Source: Ptychomitrium polyphyllum
Lineage: Eukaryota
Assembly (NCBI GenBank): GCA_973851085.1
Contig: OZ316775.1
Coordinates: forward strand, 21,390,001-21,454,000
DNA length: 64,000 bases
Direction of reading: 5' to 3'
The notes under the pieces: generated by a model
Databases searched by the model: none
What the model was told of the DNA's origin: nothing
The model's input: only the letters and a program-made list of their open reading frames with translations
Made by a program: the position numbers and the translations under genes
In this document: positions 1 through 13,439 of the stretch, piece after piece
How the letters are laid out: each line of letters starts with the position of its first letter
Numbering within the stretch: the first letter of the stretch is position 1

Positions 1-2522
1 AACCAAAATCATAGTCCATTAATATGGTATAACCATGCTAAATTCACCAACTAATTGTTAAAGTGAAGTAATGTAATGGCACAATAAGTGCCTATTAAAT
101 CAACCATATATTGTGTAAAAACATATTTATTTTATTCCAACAATGGCTATACAAGTGGCCTTTGATTGAATCTATTATTCATCCTATTATATAGTAAATA
201 TCTTTTTTTACTTTGATTTCTTATATTTACATTGTGAAAATGAATAAATTTTAAATTTATGAAAATAATAGTTTGATTGTAAAAAATAATTTCAATTTAT
301 AAAAATAATAGTTTAATTTGTGGAAAGGCAACATTTAAAGATTAAAAACTCCAAATATGATTATATCTCTTTTCTATGGATCCTTGTAATATTGTAAAAT
401 AACTATATTCTTTCAAAGGTGTTATTTAAAAAAATCTTATGCACTAATGTATTGCCTAAGGCAAAGAATTTATATAAGAATTTTAGAAGAATACTTTATA
501 AAAACTCCATAGTCCTCTACAAATACCCTTTTATTGTATATAATATGTAAAAATCTATATTCAATCACACTTTTAAAGACAATTCTTGTTATATTCAAAG
601 AAAAAAATGTGATTATGAAAACGTCAAATTTCATTTGAAATAGATTCCATTAGCAAATTGTATCATTTATATGGCTTTGTTGTAGTTAAAGGATCTAAGG
701 TTTGTGGTCTTGTAAAAAAATGTAGCTAATGGAAATACTATCTAAGAAAGATTTGTTTTTGCAATCATTGATAAATATATTTGTATGTTTTAGATATATA
801 ATATATATTATGCAATTTTTTTTTGAATAAATGATAGTAAGCTTAATTGCTATAGAACGTCATGCTTTCATGATTAATTTACTTTAAATCAATTTTCAAA
901 AAAAGTATGGCTTTTAATATTTTCATTTCATTATAGGAACAAAAACATTTGGAAATTAAATGTTTTAATATGATTGACTAAAAAAATTTGGAATCTCAAA
1001 AAAAGATTAAAAATATATTGTAGTACACAAATGATATTATATATAGCTCTAGATTATTTTTTTAATTAAATTAAATTTAAATTTATCATTTACAATTTAT
1101 AATTCAACATCAAATTTTTTTTAATTTGTGTATATGTATTAAAAGATCTTTCAATAAAAAAATGGATATTCTTTCCAAAATAATATGCAAAATTCCATGA
1201 ATTGTAGAATTATATAGAAGGGAATCTTATTGATTGAGTTTTGATGCCAAAATTTTACTATTTTTAATATCTTTATTTTTAAATGGAATAAAATCATGAA
1301 AGAATAAAACCATGTCAAATTGAAATATAATTTATTAGTGCAGATTTATTGATTTACTTGTTTTGGATATTAAAAATTAAAAATTTTAATTAAAATTTTC
1401 ACACGAAATTGCATTCAATATGATCTTTTTTAACAATCATAATTTTTGAATCAACCAATAAAGCTCCAAAATTTGTAGAATTTTTTGTGTATAATTCTAA
1501 TTAAAGATTTTCATTTTTTCTACTAAAGGATTTTTAAAATTATATACATAATTAACTTATATTTTTTCGAGTTATACTTTTAATTAATAAATAAAAAAAT
1601 TTAACATTTTTAAAGAGGAATCAAATCTAAATTTATTCAATTCTTCTTTAAATATAACTAAGTGCAATTGTGAAACGTTTACTTCATAGAGTATTAATCC
1701 TTCTTTTACAATATGAAATAAATTCTTACATAAACTATAAAATAAGTCTAAAGAATCTTCAATGGAAGGTCCTTAAATTTTGGTTCATCAAACTGTATTT
1801 CTTACTTTGGTACAAATTAAATAAGAAATTTTGCCAAACACTACAATTTAGAATAAGATTTATTTCATTTAAAATCTAGCTCATTTAAAAATGCATATCA
1901 AAAGATCCTATTTTAGAATATCTCACGAAAGATTTTCATTGTTTCTAAATATAATCATATTCTAAGAATAGCCATCATGAGAAGACTTTCTTGCAATGGT
2001 TGCCGTCATATTGGTGGCCAACTCATCTCCTCACCTTCTCATCCATCTTCAAACTACTCCACTTGTGGCCAACGGAACAAAGTGTGAAGCTTTATAGAAG
2101 AAGGTAAAAATCTCATATCACATATCTCTACACATGATGCACATGATTGATGCACATGATAGACGTCTCTATTCTAGTGGGTAGTGGGGCAATGAAAGTA
2201 GGCGTAAAGCCGCCCTTAATAAAGTCAAGAATCCAAGTTTCAGGGGGACAACAATATGCAGCGTCCTTTGAGCTCTCTTTACGGGTCATGGAGTCCAGAT
2301 ACCAGAATAGCATTTTTCCAATTCAAGACGAGGCTGGTTTTGACACGGCTCTGATTTCGCTGACGTGAGCTTGATGTAACGAGAAGACCTCTTCTATTAT
2401 AATGTTCTCCTGCAGTGCATATTTATTTGCTGAACCTTTATGCGATCTCATTCAGAATTTCGACAGAGAGCTTATCACCCTTTGTCAGGAGCCTGGCTGC
2501 TTGATTGGCTCAAAGTTCTGTG

Positions 2523-4821
2523 ATGGCCGATATGCTGCCATATGACGCTATCTTTGGACCTTGGAGTGTAAGCCTCTGTCTCCTGTCACCTCAACAACTT
2601 TCTCTAAACTGTAGCAAGGATTTTTCATGGTCAATACGTATCCTAACTTAGTACTAGTGCTGGAACTTATGGTGTACTCTTACCTTGTCGCTGATGGACC
2701 GATGGTGGTCTGCAGGTTGCCACAGCCGTGTTGCTGGGCACTCTTCTTCTCTGGAAGGTGCTCTTCTCAAGCACTAACCAGAACATGCCTCCAGGTCCTC
2801 GTGGTCTTCCTGTCATCGGCAGCTTGCACCTCTTGGGAAAATATCCGTATGAGGACCTCACAAAACTGGCGGAGACTTATGGACCGGTGATGTCGTTCCG
2901 GTTTGGGCAGAAGCAAGCTGTGATTGCATCCTCAACTGCTGCAGCCAAGGAGTTCCTACAGACTCAGAGTCGCAATTTCTCATCTCGACCGAAGTCGAGT
3001 TTTGGAGAATTGGTTCTGACGGACGGTACTAACTTGCGATTCTCTTTCTACTTTCCACTGTAAATTTGAATTGGAGTCCGAGATGTTGTTAATCCATGCT
3101 TGTAGCCTTACAGTAGACGGTGGTACATTATAAGCACTACATAAAAGTATCCGTGGCGTCCTTTAGTGACAATGTAGTAATTGAACCCCTGAGAATATGT
3201 GCGCCCTTACCTGCCACAAAAGAAGGTATAATTATCACTATATTGTTAAATCTCATCCTTACTGGGTGCATAGGAGAGGATACTTATAAATAGATCATGT
3301 TTGTGCTTTAGTAAATTCGTGGTGAACATTATTTAGCAACTGTTATTATTATGTTCGTTTCCACATTGACATGCTCATTTTAATCCATGAAATATATAAT
3401 TCATTGCAGATGTGGCCATGGGACCTGAGACACCCGTAAGCTGTTATCTGAAGAAGGTACTACATATGCAATTGAGTACCAATAAACAGCTCCAATTATC
3501 TCATAAGTTGCGAACTGAAGAAATTGTCCATGTCCTCCGTATGATGCCACAAGACGGAACAAGTGTGGTTTCATTAAGGACTTATATTGAAGTTGTAGTA
3601 GTAAACATCTTATGCCGCATGGTTTTAAAGAAACGAATGATGGAAGTTGGAATGGAGGAAGATAAAGGACAGGAGCTTGATCATGTGAAAAAATTTAGAG
3701 ACCTTGCAGATGAAATTCATGAATGTGTTACTCACAAAGGTCTTGCAGACTTTATACCTATTTTACAATGGATTGACGTCCAAGGCTTTAGAAGACGTTT
3801 GCAAAATTTGAAAAAGAGAATGGATGCATTTATGATGATAATTGTTTCAGAGCATCTTATGCAACGGAAAAATGGTACTTCATTTGAAAAGGATATGGTT
3901 GACGTGCTTTTAGACCAAATGGAAGACAAATCCTTGAATTTTAACATCACCATTCAAAATGTCTACGATGTTTTGTGGGTAAGGAAGACCTCCTATGCTG
4001 CATTTGCAATAATATTCTTTTATTTTTCATAAATATATTCTCCAAAATCATTTTGAAATTAGGTCCTTTTTAAATTACCTTTTCAAGAAAACTACGTTCT
4101 TACAAAACACATTTAATACGTTGATTGTTTTTATACCTTTAGAATTTAATTATTTTGCCCATTTTATATGTTTTCTTTTTTTCGAAACCAGGATTCCCTT
4201 GCTGCGGGTACAAGTACAACTATTGAGGCAGTTGAATGGGCAATGGCGGAGTGCATTCACAATCCCCATGTAATGAAGAAAATTCAAGTTGAGCTTGATA
4301 CTGTTGTCGGCAAGTCTCGAAGAGTGGAAGAAGCTGACATTCCTAAACTCAAGTACTTGCAAGCCATTGTCAAAGAAACACTGCGCCTCCATCTATTGCC
4401 GTTATTGCTACCTCATGAGAACCAAACGCCTTGTAAGGTATTTGGATACGACATACCTGCAGGAACAACAGTGATGGTAAATGCTCGTGCCATAGCGAGA
4501 GATCCAAGCATATGGAATGATCCTTTGGAATTCAAGCCTGAGCGGTTTCTCATTGAGATGCCCAATGCCAATATTACTATGAAAGGCAATCATTTTGAAT
4601 TACTGCCATTTGGTTCTGGGCGGCGAGCATGTCCAGGCATGGACCTAGCCATTGCAACTGTGCAAATTCTGGTTGCAACATTGTTGCAGTCCTTTGAGTG
4701 GCTCCTTCCAAACGACTTGCAACCTCTGGACTTGGATATGTCAGAAGCTAAAGGGATGACTCCATTCCGAGCTCAACTGTTGAATGTCATTCCAAAGGCT
4801 CGCTTATCTTCTCTTCTATAG
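2523..4821 (+). CDS. Cytochrome P450, A-type (CYP71 clan), ~517 aa, 4 exons (2523-2567, 2716-3025, 3410-3978, 4192-4821)
   Basis: The exons join in frame through GT-AG introns. The protein has a membrane anchor followed by the PPGPRGLPVIGSLHLL hinge, I-helix AAGTSTT, K-helix KETLR, PERF and heme motif FGSGRRACPG. The phase-0 intron just before the I-helix is the typical A-type position. The small exon 1 is inferred. Confidence 0.93.
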
Positions 4822-7649
4822 CTTGAGCTTAGACACTCTTTATGTTCTTTGGTTTGAAAGAACTATATGTCACGATTCCTATATTCAATAAAATGCATAG
4901 CATAGAATATAGTATTTAACAGCCCTTCTTTTCTAGGTGACAAAGTGCCAAATAAAAATCTGTTTGGAAGCTTGGTAACAATCATTGAAGAAAATGTGGG
5001 TCAAAAACAATCATTTGGAGATATTCTGTAGAAATTACCTTTTGAAGGTTTTAAACCTGCTTTGGGAGAGAGGGATCTGTATGAAACATGAATTACTTGG
5101 TAAGAGCCAATTATGGATACAATGATGGATGTTATTGGTAAAAAATTGAATGAAAATGTTGTATGGATAAAAATACAACCCAATTATAAATAAGTGGTGG
5201 TTCCCATCCAATTTATGCATTATATTAGATAAATATGTATGACTTGGTCACAATTATATTTTGACTAGCATTTTAGGTTTCTTTTAATAATATCTTGATT
5301 AAAATGTAGAGTGTATCTCCATAAATTAAAGTTCTATAACATGGCAAAAAATTCTACAAAAAAAAGTGATAAAATAAAATAAAATAATTATGTTATTATT
5401 CGATTTCTAAACTAAGGAATTTACTGCACTAAATAGCATAGATTCAATATTATAATCTTTTAATATTTTCAAAGTTTTATTTACCATATATATTTGAGAA
5501 CTAAAATACAATTGTCAACAACATGCATGGTTCATCATTATCAATTTTAGTTTTTTTTTCTTATATGAAAAAAAATGTGCACTAAAATCAATTCATGATA
5601 ATGATTTTTTTAAATTTTTATATTTAAACTTTTAATTAATTTTCTTTTTGAACCATATAAAAGAATCTCTTTTTATATGAAAGGATTCTTTGTATTAATG
5701 ACAACGGAATAAAAAGAAAATTGACACTATTAAGAATTAGGTTGTTGTAAATGTAACATTATAAATTACAAATGTTAATTGGAAGTTGTGAATTGAGAGT
5801 TGTAAACTAAGTTCAAAATTGTCAATTTTTTAAGAAAATTTATTAAAAAGTTGTAAATATTTTTTTGAAGATTTGATAATTATAGTTCAAGTTTCATTAT
5901 TTGTACAAAAATTAAGAGATTTTGGCTCTAAATTGAAGTGTTTTTATTTTGTGAATTTCAAAAAGTGGAAAGATAAAATATTTTTTTTGAAAGTTTTGGA
6001 ATTTTTAGTTTTTTAAAATTTTAATATGAAATCTATTTTAAAATTGTATCAATAAATTGTTATTTTTAGTTTTAAAGTATACTTTATAAAAAAAAATAGA
6101 ATCAAAGGATCTATTTGGTGCAAGAAGTTCTTTGGATTTATTTTTAATGTTGTAAGAATTAAACAACCATTCACCAAAAAATTTATAATTTCTTAAAAAA
6201 AATAGACTATCATCTAAGAAAAAGATAGATGAAGAAAAAACAAGGCATGAAAAATTTTATATGTAGATTTTTTTTATTATTAGTAAGCACAAAATTAAAA
6301 CAACAAAATGTCAATTCAAAATAGTAGTTTGAACATACATATTAGCCATTGAAGGACATTGATAAAAACAAGAATCCATATGCTTGCAACACATTTGCAA
6401 TTCTTTTTTTATATTTATAATATTACAATTATTCATGAAGCCAACAATATTCCATTCATTGCAATACTAAAGAATAAAAGCATTTTGATTTTCAAAAATT
6501 GCAATATCATATAAGAAGGCCAAATGGAAATTTGAATTTATTTGCACATAAAATTGTGTTAATGAATCAACATGTTAAATGAAGATTGAAAAAAATGATT
6601 AAGTGATGGAAGGCTTCATTGTTGCACTATAACCTTGTATACTAAAGCTTAAGATGATGCCTTTGCTAATTGATGTTTATTATATTTGTGTAAAATTTGA
6701 AACAAGAAGTTTGAATTTAAAGTTTGACCACTTAAATTTTTGAATCATTTTTTCTTATGAAAACATTATAGTCTTTAATTTTAAAAGCTTTATAATAATA
6801 ATAATTGTAATTGACATCATTGGGAACAAGTCCAATGTCAGTTGAAATTTTTATATTTAAATTCTATTTGAATTTACTAATAATATAAAATATTAGTGTT
6901 TTGAACAGTACTTTAAAAAAAATAAAGGAATACAAAAAATACCAATGAATGATTGAAATTCAAGGAAAGGTATGACATTAATTTTGAAATAGAGTTGAAT
7001 TTCAATAAACATTATATTTACATAGCAATGTCATTACTTCTACATCAAATAAATATGTATTTTTAATAATAATTTATGTTTTTTAAAGATTATAATTAAA
7101 TAAGAAAATATGTATTATATAATATTTTCTTTAAAAAATATACTATATGATAAAGCTACTTTGTAGGTCACCTACCATTTGTATTAATTTACTTTTTTCT
7201 ACCTTATTATAGAATCTATTATAGGACTTCACGGAATTGCACTTTCAATTGAATTATCCACAAATCCTATCCAAAGAAGAAGGTTTGCAAAACATATTTT
7301 TAAACTCATTCATGCCACTAAAAGAAGCAAAAATGCATTTTTCCTCTATATCTTGACAAACCAATCAACAATTTTGACGCACGCTCATGGAACATCAAAC
7401 TTCAAACTTCTTTAAGCCAACCAATTTCATTTAGGCCAATCCTTACTCCACCCCAAGCACCTAAAGCTCCCCCAACCGTTCCATCAAATCAAAAAACTTC
7501 AATGCTTGCATCATACACTGTCAAAAACTATAATCAATAAGAAAAATACACTAAAGTATAAAAATACAAGAGGAGGATGTTCCACCTAACAAAAATTAGC
7601 TTCAACGACACTCTAAACTTGGGCAATGGGCAATGGAAAGTGCACTATT

Positions 7650-7852
7650 TGGGTGAGGGTGTGGGTGTGGGTGTGGGTGAGGGTGTGGGTATGGAGAGGG
7701 GTCAGTGAAAAAAGGAATGCAGGGTCTACAAATAGCAGTGTGCAGTGTGCAGTGTGCAGTGTGCAGTGTGCAGTGTGCAGTGTGCAGTGTGCAGTGTGCA
7801 GTGTGCAGTGTAGAGGAGGGAGCAGGGAAGAAGGGAGAAAGAGGGCAGGCAC

Positions 7853-7889
<37 letters not shown>

Positions 7890-7890
7890 T
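7650..7890. repeat. Simple-repeat cluster upstream of the QPT start: (GTGTGG)n, (GTGCAGT)~10, (TGTTGC)~6
   Basis: Directly visible tandem repeats at ~7650-7692, ~7734-7810 and ~7853-7889. Confidence 0.95.
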
Positions 7891-7922
7891 AGTAGTAGAA
7901 GTGCTCATGCTGGGGAGCAGCG

Positions 7923-10900
7923 ATGGCGCTGCTGCACAAGCACCACCTCTTGCACGCGCCAGCGCACGCGCTGCCGGCGCTGTCAGGCGGTGCCAGGGGG
8001 TGCAGCACCTCGCGCACAGCGCATTTCTCTCCCTTCTTGCTTGCCGCATCGCATTCCAAGTTGCGTGCTCGGTGCGTTTGTTCTGTGGGGTCTCGGTGCG
8101 TGGACCATGCTGTGTCAACAAGTTGTCATTTTGGGACGCTCTGTGGCTGCAAGCTGTCGTTTTGGAAGGTGGGGTGATAGCAAGTTGTGGTTTTGGAAGG
8201 TGGTTTGTGATGTGATTGCCATTTCATGTGATGGCGAGCAGGCGGTGGGCAGCGCTGGCCATGGCTGCTGAGGGTGCGAAGTGCGCGATTCCGCCTCCTG
8301 CGCATCCTACTTATGATCTTCGGCACGTGATTCGTCTGGCGCTTGCTGAGGATGCTGGGGATCAAGGTGCACACTTGGATTCTCCTCACTGGAGGTTTAG
8401 AGTTTTGAAGTTTAACTTTTTTATGCTACTGCTTCGTGTGTGATGGTACGTCCAAAATGTCCCGAAATGTGATATCAGATTCTGATTTTGAATCTTCCTT
8501 GATGACTGCGAACATCGTGGTGGACTTTTCTGATCTTGGTCTCCTATTTGTGTTGTCTTTCACGTTGATTGTTGTTTTCATAATGCTACTGGTGGCAAGA
8601 ATATTTTTGGGTCTTTGAACAATGTTTACGGCAATACGGAGTTCAGAATTGGTGCGGATCAAGTAGTCAAGAGCATACATATGAGCCTTTGAAGTACAGT
8701 TAACTCTTGATTCAGGAGCAGGATTACTTTTGATCAGTTCTTGATTCCAGGGATTAGTGTTATAGCTGAAGGACTCGTCTATGCTCCAATGTATGTAGGT
8801 GACGTGACGTGTTTAGCAACAATGACGCCAGACATTCAAGCAGAAGCTCACTTTTTGGCCAAGGCGAATGGAGTGATTGCTGGAATCGCCTTGGCAAAGA
8901 TGGTGTTTGCTGAAGTGGACCCAACTTTGAAGGTTAGCTACTTGATACTGTTTACTGAAATACCGGTTCTATGGTAAGGTGTGTGGTCTGCAATTCCAAC
9001 TACTTTGCAAATTTTTACACCGAGTTAGAACATCCATTGATCTCTGTTTAATACCGTATTCGAAACTCAACCAGGGGTGTTGCGGCAGGTGGAGTGGGAT
9101 GTTCAGGATGGAGATTCGATTACGAAGGGCCAGCAATTCGGAACTGTTAAAGGTTGTTCCTACTCATGTGTTTGTATTCTGAATCAATAAGAAAATTTAT
9201 TGCAAATTTTGAATTGATGCAAACGTGTGACCATATTATTGATTTATGTTTAAATTGAAGGTGCGATTTGAGACATTTCATCCTTGTAAACATCACGGAA
9301 CACTGAGTTGAGGATTCATGACCACTGCAGCTTTATGTCGTACCACTTGTTGCAAGGCACTAACTACAGACTAAGAAGAGATTACAGAAATATAAAATCA
9401 GAAGTTATAGGCTGAGTAGTCCACCTTTTGTTTTCTTCAGGAAAGGCTCAGAGCATATTGATCGCCGAAAGAGTTGTGCTGAATTTTATGCAACGGATGA
9501 GTGGTATAGCCACTCTAACTAAGGTAACTAGGCTTCCCAGGTTGAACATGTAACCGTATGTAACTGCATTTAAGTAGGAACTGTGATTCAGATGATTGAA
9601 TGATGTTCTCCTTTTATTCCATTCTGAAGATTGTTACAGCTATTGTAATTACTTTTTTGTCGTACCAACTTCATTACATTTGGTATCTGGAGACAACGGT
9701 TCGACTGAATAAATTTAGACAATCCGTTGCCTTCGACAACCTCAGAACTCAGGCTAGCTGTCTGGTTTTCATCTGTACTATCAAGTACAATTACTGACGC
9801 AAGCTCCGATTTGCTGTTGTTTCACTGCGATTGCCTTTTCTTGTGGCAGGCCATGGCAGAAGCTGCCAAACCTTCTCGGATATTAGAAACACGGAAAACG
9901 GCGCCTGGACTAAGGCTGGTTGACAAATGGGCAGTACGTATCTCCCTAGAAATTACGATCAGTTGGTTGCTCTACATTGACATAGACATGAAATGTGAAT
10001 GAGGTTTAATTATTACTTGTATATGTTCTTGGTGCATTTTTGAAGATACAATATTAGTAAATAGATGTGTGATGCAGGTCTTAATAGGAGGAGGTGAAAA
10101 TCACCGAATGGGATTATTTGATATGGTCATGGTCAAGGATAATCACATAGCTGTCGCTGGAGGAATTCCGCAAGCTATATCTGCTGTGGAGACTTATCTG
10201 AACTCTAAGAACCTTGACATTGATGTTGAGGTATTTACCATGTTGCAAGTTTTACTGAATTGTGTATTTCCCCTAATTTGTTTTAAGATGTATCCTCACT
10301 GCCTTCGAGGTTCAATGTCTGCATTTGATGTTGTATTGTGCCAGTTATCTGTCTTTGTCACATTTAGATAGTATTGTCTTACTGTTAAACCTGTAGCTAA
10401 TCTTAGTTTTATCCTTGCCTTCTTAAATTTTTGTGGTTATTATGCTACGTTGAGAAGTTGGATGAACTGAGGATGTTCTTAACTTGTTACCGTGGGCCTT
10501 TGATAGATTGAAACAAGGACCTTAGAAGAGGTACAAGAAGTACTGGACAACGTGGCACGAGGCAAAGGCCGTGTTACTCGTGTCATGCTTGACAACATGG
10601 TGGTGCCTCTAGCGAACGGTGATATTGATGTTTCGATGCTTCAACAAGCAGTGATTCTGATTGATGGAAGATTTGAAACTGAGGTTTGTGTTCATTTGGG
10701 ACCCTAGCTCCTGTAATAGTGGAAGAAAATTGTGTATGGTTTCTCTGTGAATCGTCTCTCGCTCATTTAATAGCGAGCCCAGACTTGGCTGTACTTCATC
10801 TTTGGATGTATGCAGTCAGTTGTGCTTGTTTGATCAGTTTACTATAATAAGCTGGTTGATACATTACTTAGCTGTTCTGAATCATGTTACTCAGGCCTCT

Positions 10901-11310
10901 GGCAATGTGACCCTCGACACAATTTCTAAAATCGGTTCTACTGGTGTGACTTTTATCTCTAGGTGAGCCCATTTCTGTGTTTCCTCTGTAGAATGGCCCG
11001 TTTTATTGTCTTTTCCCAAGTTTCTGGCATTTGAACTTCACAAGTCGGCTTGCTTAAGCATTTAATTATTTAGAGCTCTTGAAAAACACACAAGTGCTCT
11101 TGGTGTATATAGAATCCTTTCTGGGATCTGGTGGCATCAAGCTTGTGCCGTCGTTTTATTTTATTCTCGTTGCAAGCGTACACTAATGTTCTTGTTTGAT
11201 GATGCGGAGACAGTGGGGCGTTGACACACTCAGTGAAGGCCTTAGACATTTCTTTGAACGTGGACACAGAGCTAGCTATGGAAGTGGGCAAACGCACCAA
11301 TCGTGCATGA
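7923..11310 (+). CDS. QPT: Quinolinate phosphoribosyltransferase (nicotinate-nucleotide pyrophosphorylase, NadC), probably plastid-targeted, ~10 exons
   Basis: Exon peptides include [101 protein letters not shown] and [15 protein letters not shown]. The N-terminal exon (7923-8071) looks like a transit peptide. TGA stop ends at 11310. Confidence 0.95.
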
Positions 11311-13439
11311 TGTTGCTTGCTTACTTGCTTCTGAGCATCAATAAAGAGTTTGTTCTTAAAATTTGAGAAAATCCAAGCAGTGTATAGATTGTTTTTGTTG
11401 ACCTCTAAAGCACAATAGTTATGGAGTTTACACACTGATCAATTGAGACTATTCAATTATATATGTATAATAATGGGAGAGGAGAGAGACAGAACAGTTT
11501 TTATATGTTTCTCAGATGACGCAGTACGTTTGATATGTATCTTAATATTGTTTCATTTTGAAACCGTGGTAGTAAAGTTCTTGTGATTTTGTACAACATT
11601 AGAACAGGTGGTGCTTATGTTGGCTGGCACACATTGAGCAAAATTAACTTGAAATATCTGTACACAAGGAACAGGTGGTGCCATTATAACATTCTTGAGA
11701 GCTCGGTGAGTGTGTTTAGCATTAGTGTGTGAGTAGGGCACAATGTAGTCACTAGAAGTAGAGCTGGTGATGGTATCACTCCCTTTGGCTGGAGGCCTGG
11801 TTTATGGATGGATACTGTCGCCACCAAGTAGTGTTGTGCACAATGCACTGATACAGAGCACATAGAGAAGATAAAGCCCTATTCTTTTCAACTCGTACAT
11901 TTCATCGTTGTCAGATGTATTTTTGAAAATATGTTCCATGATTCCCTGAAGGAATCTTAACTAGTTTGATGCTCCAAATCATTGACTTGATCAGACCTAG
12001 AAGTTTTGAAATGGACTCGCAACCTTGTCGATCACCACATGTGAGGCAAGCAGTCGTCTAAGGTCTACCACATGCTTGAAACAAGTTACTAAATTGTAAT
12101 GAGCATAGTATGTACTGAAAGTTAAATTCCTCTGCCTATTTAACATGAAGTGTGCAGCATCGTCTTCATTCAACTTTCAGCTCATTGTTCTCTTTGCTTT
12201 GTGCTCATCAACTCATAACAATCGAACTTCTCCTTCAGCATCTAGGTAAGTCAGCTTGTTGTGTTTACAGATTGCCGCTTTTGTTAGACATTGTTAACAT
12301 TCTTTGTAGCAGCATTGAAGTTGGTCCACGAATTGGTAGCCGAGGCAACGAATTTCAGTTCTCAGAGTGCTCTTAGAACTTATTTTTAACGAATTTGCAG
12401 CAAGATAAGATATTTTGCTGCTGAATATGCCGTAACTGAGTTGGAGTTGAGTTCCAGATTTCTCATAGCTTGAGTGCGATAGATGTTTTGGTTGTTGATG
12501 GCGCTTCTTCCAGTCTGCGGGGAAGGACGAACAGTTCCGGCTCCATGTTGGCGATTGCCTAATCCATGCGACTCCAGCCACGTCCCTCCTCAGGCCGCAC
12601 TGAAACGATCAGCTCATCCACCACCAAGAATGGAGGATGATCTTCAAACCGGCATCCTAGGCTAGTGGCTGTCCCAGAAGCAACTGAGGAACCACTGCTG
12701 AGATTCTGAGCTTTTCACAAATCAGATTTAAAACATGGAAATCCTTGAAGCTTTCTTAGACTTGAATAAAATAAAGAAGTCTGATCGATTGTCCTAAAGG
12801 CAAGTTTACGATAGTGAATATAGTGTCTTCGTTGTTTGTTAAAAGCAATCTGCTGTGCAGAATCAGTGTTATTGACCATCTCCGTATTTGTGGTGTCAAT
12901 CATCAACATTGGGATACAGCTCTGCAAATGCATCCAAGTCCCAGCAATTGGTACTGCTCTTTCGTAAGTTTTAATCAACCTTCTGAAATTTAAAAGAGTA
13001 TTGTACCATTGCTTTTAGATTTAGATAGGAGCTGCAAAATTCTAGTCAATTCATGTTGTCGCTTGACTACATTTAGGTAGATTCTCCATTAACAACACTA
13101 GGGCTCTCTCATTTTCACACCCGTATTTTCGCATAGAATTTACTCATTGAGGGACATGATTTCTCATCTCCATAGTTTCTCGTTCATACCATCCGCTAAG
13201 TAGTTTATGAGAAAGTAATAATGTACAATGCTACAAAGATTTTGTTGATTGCACCAGTAACCTCTTGGCCCGGTAACTTCACACAACGCCAACACCAGAC
13301 TCGCTCTATGCACATTTAGTCTACTGAAGATCAAAAATCTCGCTCCACCCAATATATGGTACTACAAATATCTGCTCTTCGTGTCCGTGATTGAAGCATT
13401 TTTTCTGTATGTGTATTCATTTATATCTATCAGACTGAT

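Noticed and set aside
2627..2890. 87-aa ATG ORF that suggests a frameshifted P450 start
   Set aside because: Better explained by intron 2568-2715 joining an upstream exon in frame.
4960..5250. Stop-ridden protein-like text after the P450, possibly a retroelement relic
   Set aside because: Too short and degenerate; no RT, integrase or LTR motif recognised.
7613..8271. Several overlapping 88-188 aa ORFs with poly-C, poly-L and VQCAVCS repeats
   Set aside because: These are translations of microsatellites and of the GC-rich QPT first exon in other frames.
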